DNA of 64,000 nucleotides from Candidatus Poribacteria bacterium (GCA_964291315.2 OZ219753.1:2880001-2944000), one strand, 5' to 3'; positions 10,488-20,081 are shown, numbered from the stretch's first letter. Notes: generated by a model not told the origin, from the sequence alone. Numbers and translations are program-made.

Positions 10488-10507
10488 TAAGTACTACAAA
10501 ATAGAAA

Positions 10508-13120
10508 ATGCAAGAAAGAAACATCAAGATAGCGGCCGTCTTAATCATCGTTTTGAGTGTTGCCGCGTTGCACATAAAACTCTATCGGTTTTCCGAAGTG
10601 ACACACGATGGGGCGTTACAGGTGTTGGTCTGCTTAGGTCGTGTTGTTGCTATAGATACAAGTGAGGAAGCGGACCAGGTACTGTCTTTCCGAATTATTT
10701 CTGGACAGTTTCGCGGTAAAACGGTTAAAGTGAACAATGTTTGGACGGGTCGCGCCTTTGGGGACCGCGTGCTTCGGAAGAATGATGTATTATTTCTGGA
10801 TATTCCGCTCCGTGATCCGGCAAATCCGAGGGTTGATACTGTTTCACTGCGGGAATATTTCCGCACGCCGTTTTTACTTTATCTTGCAGGGGCATTGGGT
10901 ATTCTGATGATACTTGTTGCTGGTATGAAGGGGGTTCGTGCTATTTTAACCCTCTTTGTTACTTCGCTGACTGTGCTGTATGTGCTGGTACCACTCACTG
11001 TTGCGGGTTACAATCCGATTGCGGTTGCCCTCTTGATTGCTGCCTTTCTGACGTTTGCGACTTTTCTTCTCATTACGGGGCTTAGTTTCAAATTGATCTC
11101 GGGTGTACTTGGCACTCTTGGTGGTTTAGCCGCTGTTGGAGTCTTATCTGTTTTAAGTCAACAGGCGATGGCATTGACTGGATTGGCCCAAGAGTTTGGT
11201 TTTTTGGAACTCGGTATTGCGTTGTGGCGGACATCTGCTTCACACGGTTGGAATTTTACGGGGATTCTTTCTGCGGGCATCATCTTAGGTGCTGTTGGGG
11301 CGATGATGGACGTGAGCATGTCTATTTCTTCAAGTGTGCATGAAGTCAAGCAGGTGAATCCGAACATCACGGTGCGTCAAGCGATCCGCGCTGGATTGAA
11401 TGTCGGTCGCGACATTATGGGGACGATGGCAGATACCCTCATTTTTGCGTATCTTGGTGCGCACATGATGACGATGCTTCTGCCGCGCATTGAGTTTCCG
11501 GAAGTGGGTATCCTCTATCCTTTCTTACGGCTGGTTAACGATGAAGCGACTGCAGTTGCGATTATTCAAGCGGTTGTCGGTACGATCGGCTTGGTACTCA
11601 CTGTCCCGATTGCTGCGGGTATTGCGGGTTTCCTGACGCAATACACGAAGGTTGACACATCCGAGATTCATGAGGATTTGCCCTCGGAAGAAGAATTAGA
11701 GGAGCTTTTCCGTGCTGATCCACCTCGCAGCAAGGCTCGAATCGCTGTGCCTATCGCTATGGCAGTTATCCTAACTGCGACAGTCTTTGTTTATTATCGC
11801 ACGCATGAGCTCTCTGCAACGATCTCTGAGCAGCGTGATGCTCAAGGAAAGCCGATCAATACGTCAGAATATGCAAAGGGCAAGGTGATTCGACTGCTTG
11901 AATCGAACGGTAATTTCCTTTTTGATATTGACAGTCGTGCTGTGAGCGAGTTGGATGCTGGTATCGTGCCAGAGGTTTTGCGTGCGGAATTCAAACGTCA
12001 TGATATTCTATTTTCTGATGCGGTAAAGGTATCGGTTAAACCGTGGAAGGACAGTCGTTGGTTGCTCTCAGATGAGACGTACGAGCAGACCTATAGTGTC
12101 CGAGCCCTGGAAGAATCGGGGAAAAGCGTCCTCAAAGTTTACGAGTCGAAGAGCGAGCATCATATTCTTGAGGTCGAGATGCTGAGTGGGATATATAAAG
12201 GTAGACGGTTGGTGTTACGGAACATTGTGAATCACAATATGCCGTTGTTGAGCATTCCTGCGGAGCCCGGGGACGTTATTCTCTGTCGTGTCGCGGGAGA
12301 GCCGGAGCAGATTGGGCTTGTGAACATCGTTCAAGATTACAGCAGAGACCGGTTCCTAATTTGGATGGTAGGAGGGATGCTTCTCCTGATTATCTTTGTT
12401 GGTAGGATTGAGGGGATTCGGACGGCTTGTGCGATGTTAATTTCTGCCCTGGTGATTTACTTTTTCATGTTGCCGCTCATCTCGGAGGGAGCAAATGCGG
12501 TGTTCATTGTAACGCTGACTTCCGGTGTTGTGGCCTTTGTGTCTCTGGTGTTTGTTATTGGCCCGAGTCGGAAGACGTTTTCAGCGGTGCTTGGAACGAT
12601 GGGTGGGATTTTGGTTGCGGGTTTAATCGTCCTACTTGCACAGCAGCATCTCCATTTTTCAGGGTTGGAGAACGCGATCTCGGCTGATATTGTGGAGGCG
12701 ACCCGTACACCGCCGTTCGATTTTGTGCAAATCCTTTTGGCTGGGATGCTAATGGGGGTTTTAGGGGTTGCTGTTGACGGGGCAATTGAGGTGGCATCTA
12801 GCATGGAAGAGATTCGAAAAGCGAACCCGAAGATGCCGACGTGGCGATTGATTGCCTCGGGTCTTAACGTCGGGACGGACATTCTGGGCACGATGGTGAA
12901 TACGTTGGTTTTCGCCTATCTGGGTGTGGAGTTGCTTTTGGTTGTTACCGTTACAGCGCCGAATCTGGATTTTTTCAAATCCCCGCCGGTTCAGCTGCTG
13001 AGTATTGGTGTTGTATCTGCGGAGATCGTCCGGCTGCTTGCCGGAACACTCGGGCTTGTCTTGGCGATACCTATTACCGCCATGATTTGTGCGTTCTGGA
13101 ATCCAAAACAGGGGACGTAA
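10508..13120 (+). CDS. YibE/F-family membrane protein with two tandem YibE/F domains
   Basis: Two copies of the motif set (GAMMDVSMSISS / GVAVDGAIEVASS; GRDIMGTMADTLIFAYLG / GTDILGTMVNTLVFAYLG; GLVLxxPI); 870 aa. Confidence 0.85.
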   Translation: MQERNIKIAAVLIIVLSVAALHIKLYRFSEVTHDGALQVLVCLGRVVAIDTSEEADQVLSFRIISGQFRGKTVKVNNVWTGRAFGDRVLRKNDVLFLDIPLRDPANPRVDTVSLREYFRTPFLLYLAGALGILMILVAGMKGVRAILTLFVTSLTVLYVLVPLTVAGYNPIAVALLIAAFLTFATFLLITGLSFKLISGVLGTLGGLAAVGVLSVLSQQAMALTGLAQEFGFLELGIALWRTSASHGWNFTGILSAGIILGAVGAMMDVSMSISSSVHEVKQVNPNITVRQAIRAGLNVGRDIMGTMADTLIFAYLGAHMMTMLLPRIEFPEVGILYPFLRLVNDEATAVAIIQAVVGTIGLVLTVPIAAGIAGFLTQYTKVDTSEIHEDLPSEEELEELFRADPPRSKARIAVPIAMAVILTATVFVYYRTHELSATISEQRDAQGKPINTSEYAKGKVIRLLESNGNFLFDIDSRAVSELDAGIVPEVLRAEFKRHDILFSDAVKVSVKPWKDSRWLLSDETYEQTYSVRALEESGKSVLKVYESKSEHHILEVEMLSGIYKGRRLVLRNIVNHNMPLLSIPAEPGDVILCRVAGEPEQIGLVNIVQDYSRDRFLIWMVGGMLLLIIFVGRIEGIRTACAMLISALVIYFFMLPLISEGANAVFIVTLTSGVVAFVSLVFVIGPSRKTFSAVLGTMGGILVAGLIVLLAQQHLHFSGLENAISADIVEATRTPPFDFVQILLAGMLMGVLGVAVDGAIEVASSMEEIRKANPKMPTWRLIASGLNVGTDILGTMVNTLVFAYLGVELLLVVTVTAPNLDFFKSPPVQLLSIGVVSAEIVRLLAGTLGLVLAIPITAMICAFWNPKQGT

Positions 13121-13170
13121 AGGCGACGGTTTCGGAACCGCTGGCGTTCTGTAAATTTTGACTCAGACAA

Positions 13171-13881
13171 TTACTGCGGGCACCACGCCATCACCGTGCC
13201 GAAGCTTGCAAACATACTGTTTTCGCCGCTTGTTAGGATACGCGACCCTTGGACAACGATTCGGGTGTCTCGACTCGTGATTTTGTAGCTGACGGGTGCA
13301 TCTTTGACAATCAAGGGGTCTCCGTTTTCGTTCTTGAGTTTGTCAAGTCGGTAATGCACGGAACGGTGCGCGGGCACCTCGAATTCACAGGAAACGTTCT
13401 CCAGCGCGGTATCCTCATAGAGTACGTCTAAGAGACAGTGTGTTTCTCTGTCAGCGGTATTAGAGATGCATATAGATTCATGCGAAAAATATCCGCCGCC
13501 GTGTGCTTCCCACGTTTGCTCTTTTGGTGTTAAAGCCGCCATATAGCCGTCTGGAATAATCCAGAGATAGGCCCCGTCTCCGTCTGAACTATAGCATTTG
13601 AGTGCCTGCGCGATTGCTTCTGGATGTTTGTGTATCTCTTCGCGGTCGATAACAAAAAACCGGGGGTATAAGTTAATACCGGGCACAGAGGTTTTCTGTT
13701 TTAATTCGCCTTGGACGGTAACACACAAACAAGTAACGGAGAGCATATCAATGCGGCTGATGCCGTGTGAAGCGAGCCAATCCCCGAACGTATTGTTGAG
13801 CAGCTCCGTCAGTGTACCTAGGTGTACAAGCCCGGCTTCTCTATAATTATCAACTGTTTTCATTACGGTGTCAAATGTCAT
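13171..13881 (-). CDS. Protein with a C-terminal Anabaena sensory rhodopsin transducer (ASRT)-like domain
   Basis: WIIPDGY...SHESICISNT...YED...VPAHRSVHYRL...IVVQGSR matches the ASRT-family pattern. There is an extra N-terminal region of about 100 aa. Confidence 0.65.
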   Translation of the reverse strand: MTFDTVMKTVDNYREAGLVHLGTLTELLNNTFGDWLASHGISRIDMLSVTCLCVTVQGELKQKTSVPGINLYPRFFVIDREEIHKHPEAIAQALKCYSSDGDGAYLWIIPDGYMAALTPKEQTWEAHGGGYFSHESICISNTADRETHCLLDVLYEDTALENVSCEFEVPAHRSVHYRLDKLKNENGDPLIVKDAPVSYKITSRDTRIVVQGSRILTSGENSMFASFGTVMAWCPQ

Positions 13882-13894
13882 AATTTCCCTCGTT

Positions 13895-14254
13895 TTAGAC
13901 CATCCAGCGTTCTCCTATTCCGAGGAGCGTCATCAATGCTTTTAAAAGCACGCTTTCGGCAGCGCTTCCAGTGAATTGTCGGTGTGTATCGATATAAGTT
14001 CCGTAGTCGGCTGCCCATTCACGAAAGCAGGCGTGGTATTCCCAACCTTCGGTGGTTCGGTGTAAAACCGCTCTGTCGGGCCAAGGCAATTTCCGTGCTA
14101 AGAGCGCTTGGAGTTGTTCAGAGGTTGGTATCCACAAGCTTTTTAAGTTTTCTGCATCAGGTCGAAGTGCCTGAATTTGTGGATGCTTACATCTCTCTAT
14201 GTATGCTTGGGGGTGCCCCTGTTTTTCGGGGTGATCTATCTGTTTGTGAGACAT
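13895..14254 (-). CDS. Hypothetical protein
   Basis: 119-aa ORF, co-oriented and tightly packed with its neighbours. Confidence 0.65.
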   Translation of the reverse strand: MSHKQIDHPEKQGHPQAYIERCKHPQIQALRPDAENLKSLWIPTSEQLQALLARKLPWPDRAVLHRTTEGWEYHACFREWAADYGTYIDTHRQFTGSAAESVLLKALMTLLGIGERWMV

Positions 14255-14285
14255 AACGTATTACTGAATTTCAAATCCTTACTTT

Positions 14286-14624
14286 TCAGTATGTTTCCCT
14301 TTCCGCATTCTGCTCACTGATGTCCGTTTCTTTGGCGGCTGCAGAGATCACAGGATTCAAGATCGAGTGGTACATTACCCAATAGATAGCTGCCGTAATT
14401 ACGCCACCAACGAGCGTCGCTAAACACCATATCTTAGGACCTCCTATCGTCAGCAGCTGTCTGCGATCTAAGCGGGATGCCTCTCGGTAAACCGCTCTGG
14501 CAAAAACGATATGTATGAGAGCAGTCAAGACCGAAATCCCTATTGCCAAGACGATGCTTGTTGGGGACAACGCCGCCAAAAAACTGAATAGCTCTTCAGG
14601 GTTTGAATATGTGATATTAGGCAT
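14286..14624 (-). CDS. Small two-TM membrane protein
   Basis: GGAGG RBS and two hydrophobic segments. TTGACA-N17-TACGAT promoter on the minus strand near 14665-14693. Confidence 0.75.
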   Translation of the reverse strand: MPNITYSNPEELFSFLAALSPTSIVLAIGISVLTALIHIVFARAVYREASRLDRRQLLTIGGPKIWCLATLVGGVITAAIYWVMYHSILNPVISAAAKETDISEQNAERETY

Positions 14625-14859
14625 TTTTCATGCCTCCTTGTGTCAAGATATTCGTCTTAAGCCTATCGTAGCGCGTGCATATTTTGATGTCAATGTTTTT
14701 TATCGACAGGCAGCCGCATTTAGGTCTCAGATAATTTCAGATAGGCTGTCAGTTTGCTATGTCTGTAGAAAACGCAGCAGCCGAATTTGCTTGCAATTTC
14801 AGCCTGATCCATGTATAATCTGTTTTGCTTTGCATCCTGAGAACATACGGAGGAAATAG

Positions 14860-17800
14860 ATGCCCCATCTCAACATCAAGCCTACGCATAAACCTATTAA
14901 AACTTACTATGTAGAACTTGAAAAATACGCACAACTCGGTGAGCAAAACGAAGGCATCGTCCGTGCAGCCTTCCAACACCTGCTCCAACACTACTGCCAC
15001 CAAGCCAAACTTACACTGCTCTGCGAAAAAACACACTACACATCCGAGAAAAAACGCATAATACCAGACGGGGAAGTCGTGGACACCTACGGACTACCGC
15101 ACGGCTACTGGGAGGCAAAAGATACACACGATGACCTGCTCCTCGAGGCTGCCAAGAAGTTTGACGCGGGCTACCCGTCCAAGAACATCGTCGTGCAGTC
15201 GCCCACACGTGCCCTGCTCTATCAGGACGGGCAGCTGCAGCTCGATGCTGACATCACTGATCCGCGCAACCTCGTTCAGGTGCTCCAAACCTTCTTTGCG
15301 TATCAGGAGGCAAACATCGCCGCGTGGCACACCGCTGTCGCTGATTTCAAGGCAGCCGTGCCCGCACTCGGAGCGAAGTTAGCGGCTCTCATCAAAACAG
15401 AACGTCAAAACAACGCACACTTTCGAGAAGCGTTCACCGATTTTCACCAGCAGTGCTGTGCCTGTATTAACCCGAGTCTCTCGATTGCTGCTGTGGAGGA
15501 GATGCTAATCCAACATCTCCTCACCGAACGGATCTTCGCGACAGTCTTCAAGAACCGGGATTTCACCCGCCGCAACATTATCGCCAGGGACATAGAGACG
15601 GTGATTGACGTGCTGACAGAGCATGCCCTCAACCGCGACCAATTTCTTCAGAGTTTAGACCCGTTCTACGCGGCGATAGAGAGCACCGCTGCGACCCTCA
15701 CAGCGTTCTCACAGAAGCAGCACTTCCTCAACACCGTCTACGAGCAGTTCTTTCAAGGGTTCTCTGTCAAGGTTGCTGACACGCACGGCATCGTCTACAC
15801 GCCGCAGCCGATCGTGGATTTCATGGTCAACAGCGTTGAGCATATCCTACAGACCGAGTTTGATCGTTCGCTATCGGATAGCGGCGTGCATATCATAGAC
15901 CCGTTTGTCGGCACGGGCAACTTCATCGTGCGTTTGATGCAGGTCCTGGATCCGATCTCTCTGGAGCGAAAATACACCGCCGATCCGCCCGAACTCCAAT
16001 GTAACGAGGTGATGTTGTTGCCGTATTACATTGCGAGTCTGAATATTGAGCATCAGTTTTACACTGCGATGCGCCGGTATGCGGCTTATGAGGGCATCTG
16101 TCTTGTAGACACGTTTGAGGTATCGGAGGCTCGGCAGATGGCGCTGTTCGCGCCGGGGAACACGGAGCGGGTTGAGCGGCAGAAGCGGACACCGATGTTC
16201 GTGGTGATCGGCAATCCGCCCTATAACGCTGGGCAGAAGCGTGAGAGCGACAACAACAAGAATAGGAAGCATCCGATCGTAGATGCGAGAGTTGCGGAGA
16301 CGTATGTCAAAGACTCCGCAGCAGGGCTACGGAACAAACTCTACGATCCGTATGTGAAGGCGATCCGGTGGGCCTCGGATAGGATTGGAGCGGAGGGTGT
16401 CGTGGCTCTGGTAACGAATAACAGTTTTCTAGACGGGATTGCGTTTGACGGTATGCGGAAGCACCTTGCGGAAGATTTCGATGCGCTTTACGTTCTCGAC
16501 TTAGGCGGGGATGTGCAGAGCGGATTAAAGGTCTCAAGTGCCAACGTGTTCGGGATCCGCGTAGGGGTGAGTATCAATCTGTTCGTGAAAAACAGAGAAC
16601 GTTCATCAGGGCAACCGCGTATCTTTTACTATCGCACAGATGAGTTATGGGATAAAGAGCAGAAGTTCGAGTTCTTGGATAAATGCCGGCATGCAGGTGG
16701 GGTTGCGTGGCAGTCCATTGAACCCGATGCGCGGCATGCATGGCTGACCGAAGGTCTGGACCCGGCGTTTGAGACCTTCGTTCCGATGGGCACCAAGGCA
16801 GCAAAAGCCTCTGCAGGAGAGACAGAGGGTGTGCTTTTCAAGACTTACAGTCTCGGTATCAGTACTAATCGTGATGCGTGGGCCTATAATTTCAACCGAG
16901 ACGCACTCACTGAAAATATAAGTCGGATGATTGAAAATTACAACGCAGAAGTCGCGCGCTGGACACAACGAACAAATAGAGAGGTGCCCGTTGATAATTT
17001 TGTGGTCTATGACGATACAAAAATCAAGTGGAGTTCTGGTTTGAAAGGGAAGTTAAAGAACGGGCAAATGGCTGAATCTTTAGAGACAAAAGTTCGGACC
17101 TCTCTCTATCGTCCGTTTACGAAACCTAACCTCTACTTCGACAGAACTATGAACGATAGGGTGTCCCTATTTCCATCTATTTTCCCGACACCAGAGACGG
17201 AAGCAGAGAATCGGGCCATTTGCGTCAGCGGTATTGGAAGCAAAAAAAACTTTCAAGCCTTAGTTGCAGATATGATTCCTTCTGTTGATTTTCTCGAGAA
17301 AACCCAATGTTTCCCCTTCTATATCTACGACGAAGACGGCTCAAATCGCCGCGAAAATATCACCGATTGGGCACTAGCACATTTCCGATCTCACTACAAA
17401 GACGGCACCATCAGCAAGTGGGACATCTTCCACTATACCTATGGGCTCCTGCATCATCCAGATTATCGAGGGAAATATGAGGCGAACCTCAAACGCGATC
17501 TGCCGCATATCCCCTTCGCCACAGATTTCTGGGCGGTCGCTACCGCAGGCGCACAACTCGCAGAGCTCCACGCTAACTACGAATCTCAACCCGAATACGA
17601 ACATCTCAGGTTGATTCAGAACCCCGAGGTGCCGCTCAACTGGCGCGTGGAGAAGATGAAACTCTCCAAAGACAGAACACAGTTGACATATAACGACTTC
17701 TTGACACTTGCCGACATCCCGCCCGAAGTGTTTGCGTATCGGTTAGGCACTCGTTCGGCGTTGGAGTGGGTGATAGATCAGTATCGCGCCAAAAGGGACA

Positions 17801-17937
17801 AGTGGAGTGGGCTGGTCAGCGATCCGAATTGTGCGGAGGTGCCGCGCTATATTGTGGAGTTAATTGGCAAGGTAATTACGGTGAGTTTAGAGACGGTGGC
17901 AATCGTTGAGAAGCTGACTGAATTGGAAATTCGTTAA
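14860..17937 (+). CDS. Single-chain restriction-modification enzyme (nuclease + N6-adenine MTase + Type ISP-like C-terminal specificity domain, no helicase)
   Basis: PDG...YWEAKD nuclease motif, GIVYTP, DPFVGTG (motif I), GNPPY (motif IV), and LYRPFTK / DLPHIP C-terminal ISP-type TRD. Confidence 0.85.
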   Translation: MPHLNIKPTHKPIKTYYVELEKYAQLGEQNEGIVRAAFQHLLQHYCHQAKLTLLCEKTHYTSEKKRIIPDGEVVDTYGLPHGYWEAKDTHDDLLLEAAKKFDAGYPSKNIVVQSPTRALLYQDGQLQLDADITDPRNLVQVLQTFFAYQEANIAAWHTAVADFKAAVPALGAKLAALIKTERQNNAHFREAFTDFHQQCCACINPSLSIAAVEEMLIQHLLTERIFATVFKNRDFTRRNIIARDIETVIDVLTEHALNRDQFLQSLDPFYAAIESTAATLTAFSQKQHFLNTVYEQFFQGFSVKVADTHGIVYTPQPIVDFMVNSVEHILQTEFDRSLSDSGVHIIDPFVGTGNFIVRLMQVLDPISLERKYTADPPELQCNEVMLLPYYIASLNIEHQFYTAMRRYAAYEGICLVDTFEVSEARQMALFAPGNTERVERQKRTPMFVVIGNPPYNAGQKRESDNNKNRKHPIVDARVAETYVKDSAAGLRNKLYDPYVKAIRWASDRIGAEGVVALVTNNSFLDGIAFDGMRKHLAEDFDALYVLDLGGDVQSGLKVSSANVFGIRVGVSINLFVKNRERSSGQPRIFYYRTDELWDKEQKFEFLDKCRHAGGVAWQSIEPDARHAWLTEGLDPAFETFVPMGTKAAKASAGETEGVLFKTYSLGISTNRDAWAYNFNRDALTENISRMIENYNAEVARWTQRTNREVPVDNFVVYDDTKIKWSSGLKGKLKNGQMAESLETKVRTSLYRPFTKPNLYFDRTMNDRVSLFPSIFPTPETEAENRAICVSGIGSKKNFQALVADMIPSVDFLEKTQCFPFYIYDEDGSNRRENITDWALAHFRSHYKDGTISKWDIFHYTYGLLHHPDYRGKYEANLKRDLPHIPFATDFWAVATAGAQLAELHANYESQPEYEHLRLIQNPEVPLNWRVEKMKLSKDRTQLTYNDFLTLADIPPEVFAYRLGTRSALEWVIDQYRAKRDKWSGLVSDPNCAEVPRYIVELIGKVITVSLETVAIVEKLTELEIR

Positions 17938-17952
17938 AATAGGAGGGTTAAG

Positions 17953-19134
17953 ATGAAAATAAAAGAGATTCAACGTGAGTTGCGGGAATTAGGATTCGAC
18001 GCTTGGCTCTTATACGATTTCCGCGGGATAAATCCGATTGCCCAGAACGTGGCGGGTCTAGCAGAAGCCCATATCACACGTAGATGGTTCTGTCTCATTT
18101 CCATGGAAGGTGAACTGCGGTGGCTTGTCCATAAGATTGAAGCGTCCAACTTCCTTGGTGTCCCCGGACAGACAACATACTATGCTGGGTGGCAGGAGCT
18201 TAACCAAAAGATGCAATCTTTACTTTTTGGCATCAAAGCTGTTGCAATGGAGTATTCAGCAGGTGCTGCGATTCCGTATATTTCACGCGTAGATGCTGGT
18301 ACAGTGGAATGGATACGTTCGTTTGGTGTTGAGGTGCAAACGTCTGCGGAGTTAGCGCAGCGGATAGAGGCTCGTTTGAGCGATGAACAGGCGGTTGGGC
18401 ATCAAACTGCTGCGCGTTTGGTGTTAGAGGCGAAAGATTATGCGTTTGCATGGGTCGGTTCCGAGCTGAAGGGTGGGAACATAATCACAGAATATGACGT
18501 TCAGCAGGAGATTCTCGGTCAGTTTGCTGCGATGGATCTCGTCACCGATCATCCGCCCATTGTTGCAGTGAACGCTAGGAGCAGCGATCCGCATTATGCT
18601 CCTACTGCAACGGAGACGCAAAAGATTAAGGTAGGCGACTTCATTTTAATAGATCTGTGGGCGAAGCAGAAGTCGCCGGATGCTATTTTCGCGGATACGA
18701 CCTGGGTGGCTTATGTTGGGGAGACTGTTCCTTCACGCTATTCTAAAGTTTTCGAGGTTGTTAAGGAAGCGCGGGATAGAGCTGTGCAGTTCATCCGTGG
18801 GAGGTGGAGTGTCGGTGAATCGATTTACGGTTATGAGGTAGACGACTGTGTTCGGGAGTATATCACTAGAGAAGGTTATGGGGAGTTCTTTATTCATCGC
18901 ACTGGACACAGTATCGGTACTGCGATCCACGGGAATGGTGTTAATTTGGACAATTTGGAGACGCGGGATATGCGTGCTTTAATTCCGGGTGTCTGTTTCT
19001 CAATTGAACCTGGCATCTATCTCAGCGATTTCGGCGTTCGGACAGAGATTGACGTTTTTTTAGCCGGTCTAGGGAAAGACGGCGTAAAAGTGACAACCGC
19101 GCCTGTTCAAAATCAGGTATTGCCGCTGCTGTGA
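17953..19134 (+). CDS. M24-family (Xaa-Pro) aminopeptidase
   Basis: DLW...DTT, HRTGHSIG, FSIEPGIY and GVRTE. Confidence 0.92.
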   Translation: MKIKEIQRELRELGFDAWLLYDFRGINPIAQNVAGLAEAHITRRWFCLISMEGELRWLVHKIEASNFLGVPGQTTYYAGWQELNQKMQSLLFGIKAVAMEYSAGAAIPYISRVDAGTVEWIRSFGVEVQTSAELAQRIEARLSDEQAVGHQTAARLVLEAKDYAFAWVGSELKGGNIITEYDVQQEILGQFAAMDLVTDHPPIVAVNARSSDPHYAPTATETQKIKVGDFILIDLWAKQKSPDAIFADTTWVAYVGETVPSRYSKVFEVVKEARDRAVQFIRGRWSVGESIYGYEVDDCVREYITREGYGEFFIHRTGHSIGTAIHGNGVNLDNLETRDMRALIPGVCFSIEPGIYLSDFGVRTEIDVFLAGLGKDGVKVTTAPVQNQVLPLL

Positions 19135-19873
19135 TCTGATAGTTTCGTTTTTTGAGGTCGCTGAGGATATGCGTAAGGTAGATGCGTGCATTCAGTATCC
19201 ATTGTTCTGCGTACGCTGATGCGAGTAAGGGGAGTGCTGCGGTTAAACGGTGAGAGTCAAGTAGCCATTGCTCGGCGTACGCCGTGTAGTCGGCATCCAC
19301 TAGTCCGTTGCTGCCTAGGGAATAGACGACATAACGTTTGTCATCTCGGACTTCCATTCTTGGCTTGAGTCGTGTGTCGACGGATAAAGATTCTGCTCCA
19401 TCGATTTCGAGCACCCAGAAGAAATAGTCTTCGTTATGGGCGAGGTACCCGATTTCTACGTCAAGCCGGTGTTTGGTCTCAGTGTGTATAGGGATAACCA
19501 CCATGTCGCGTTTGCGTAAAACCGGGTAGATAGCCGCGAAGAAAATCTGTTCATATCCGAGCGGTTGTTGTGCGTAGGTGAGCGTATCTAAGAGGGTTTG
19601 TTGTTGTTCAAAGGTCTGTAGTTCTAAGCAGCTTTTTGCGAAGACTTCATCACGTACAGCTTGCATTTCAGTAGGTGAGTTTGGGTCAAGTGGCTGGAGT
19701 TGGCGTGTCAGCTTCAGGATCCGGCGATGTTTGGGTGTCATGCGCCAAAGGCACCACTGCCATAAGGTTTGCCATGTTTCTATCTTTAGCGATTGGTTAA
19801 GCAGTGCTTTTACAGCAATAAAAAGACGTTGAAATATGTTTTCAGATGAGAAGTTACGTTGTTGAATCGCCAC
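19022..19873 (-). CDS. Hypothetical protein, possible Vsr/DUF559-like nuclease fold
   Basis: 283-aa ORF with RLDVEIG...VLEIDG...RD pattern; overlaps the 3' end of the peptidase gene. Confidence 0.55.
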   Translation of the reverse strand: MAIQQRNFSSENIFQRLFIAVKALLNQSLKIETWQTLWQWCLWRMTPKHRRILKLTRQLQPLDPNSPTEMQAVRDEVFAKSCLELQTFEQQQTLLDTLTYAQQPLGYEQIFFAAIYPVLRKRDMVVIPIHTETKHRLDVEIGYLAHNEDYFFWVLEIDGAESLSVDTRLKPRMEVRDDKRYVVYSLGSNGLVDADYTAYAEQWLLDSHRLTAALPLLASAYAEQWILNARIYLTHILSDLKKRNYQITAAAIPDFEQARLSLLRRLSLDRLKKRQSLSERRNR

Positions 19874-19909
19874 GTTTTTTTGATGTCCGTAAGTTGTGTT
19901 GGAAAAAAT

Positions 19910-19938
19910 TTGACTTATCTCTGCAGGCCTGATATAAT
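19910..19938 (+). promoter_or_regulatory. sigma70 promoter of tRNA-Leu
   Basis: TTGACT-N17-TATAAT about 25 bp upstream of the tRNA. Confidence 0.75.
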
Positions 19939-19962
19939 AATAGCATTAACATTAAGAAAAGA

Positions 19963-20047
19963 GCCGGAGTGGTGAAATTGGTAGACGCACTGGATTCAAA
20001 ATCCAGCGGGCCCTGGGTCCATGTCGGTTCGAGTCCGACCTCCGGCA
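19963..20047 (+). tRNA. tRNA-Leu(CAA), CCA not encoded
   Basis: GCCGGAG/CTCCGGC acceptor stem, CTGGA-TTCAAAA-TCCAG anticodon arm, long variable arm, GGTTCGAGTCC T-loop and discriminator A. Confidence 0.97.
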
Positions 20048-20050
20048 TGT

Positions 20051-20081
20051 GGCGATGGTTTCTGGAGATCCATCGCCTTTT
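20051..20081 (+). terminator. Intrinsic terminator after tRNA-Leu
   Basis: GGCGATGG...CCATCGCC stem followed by TTTT. Confidence 0.75.
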
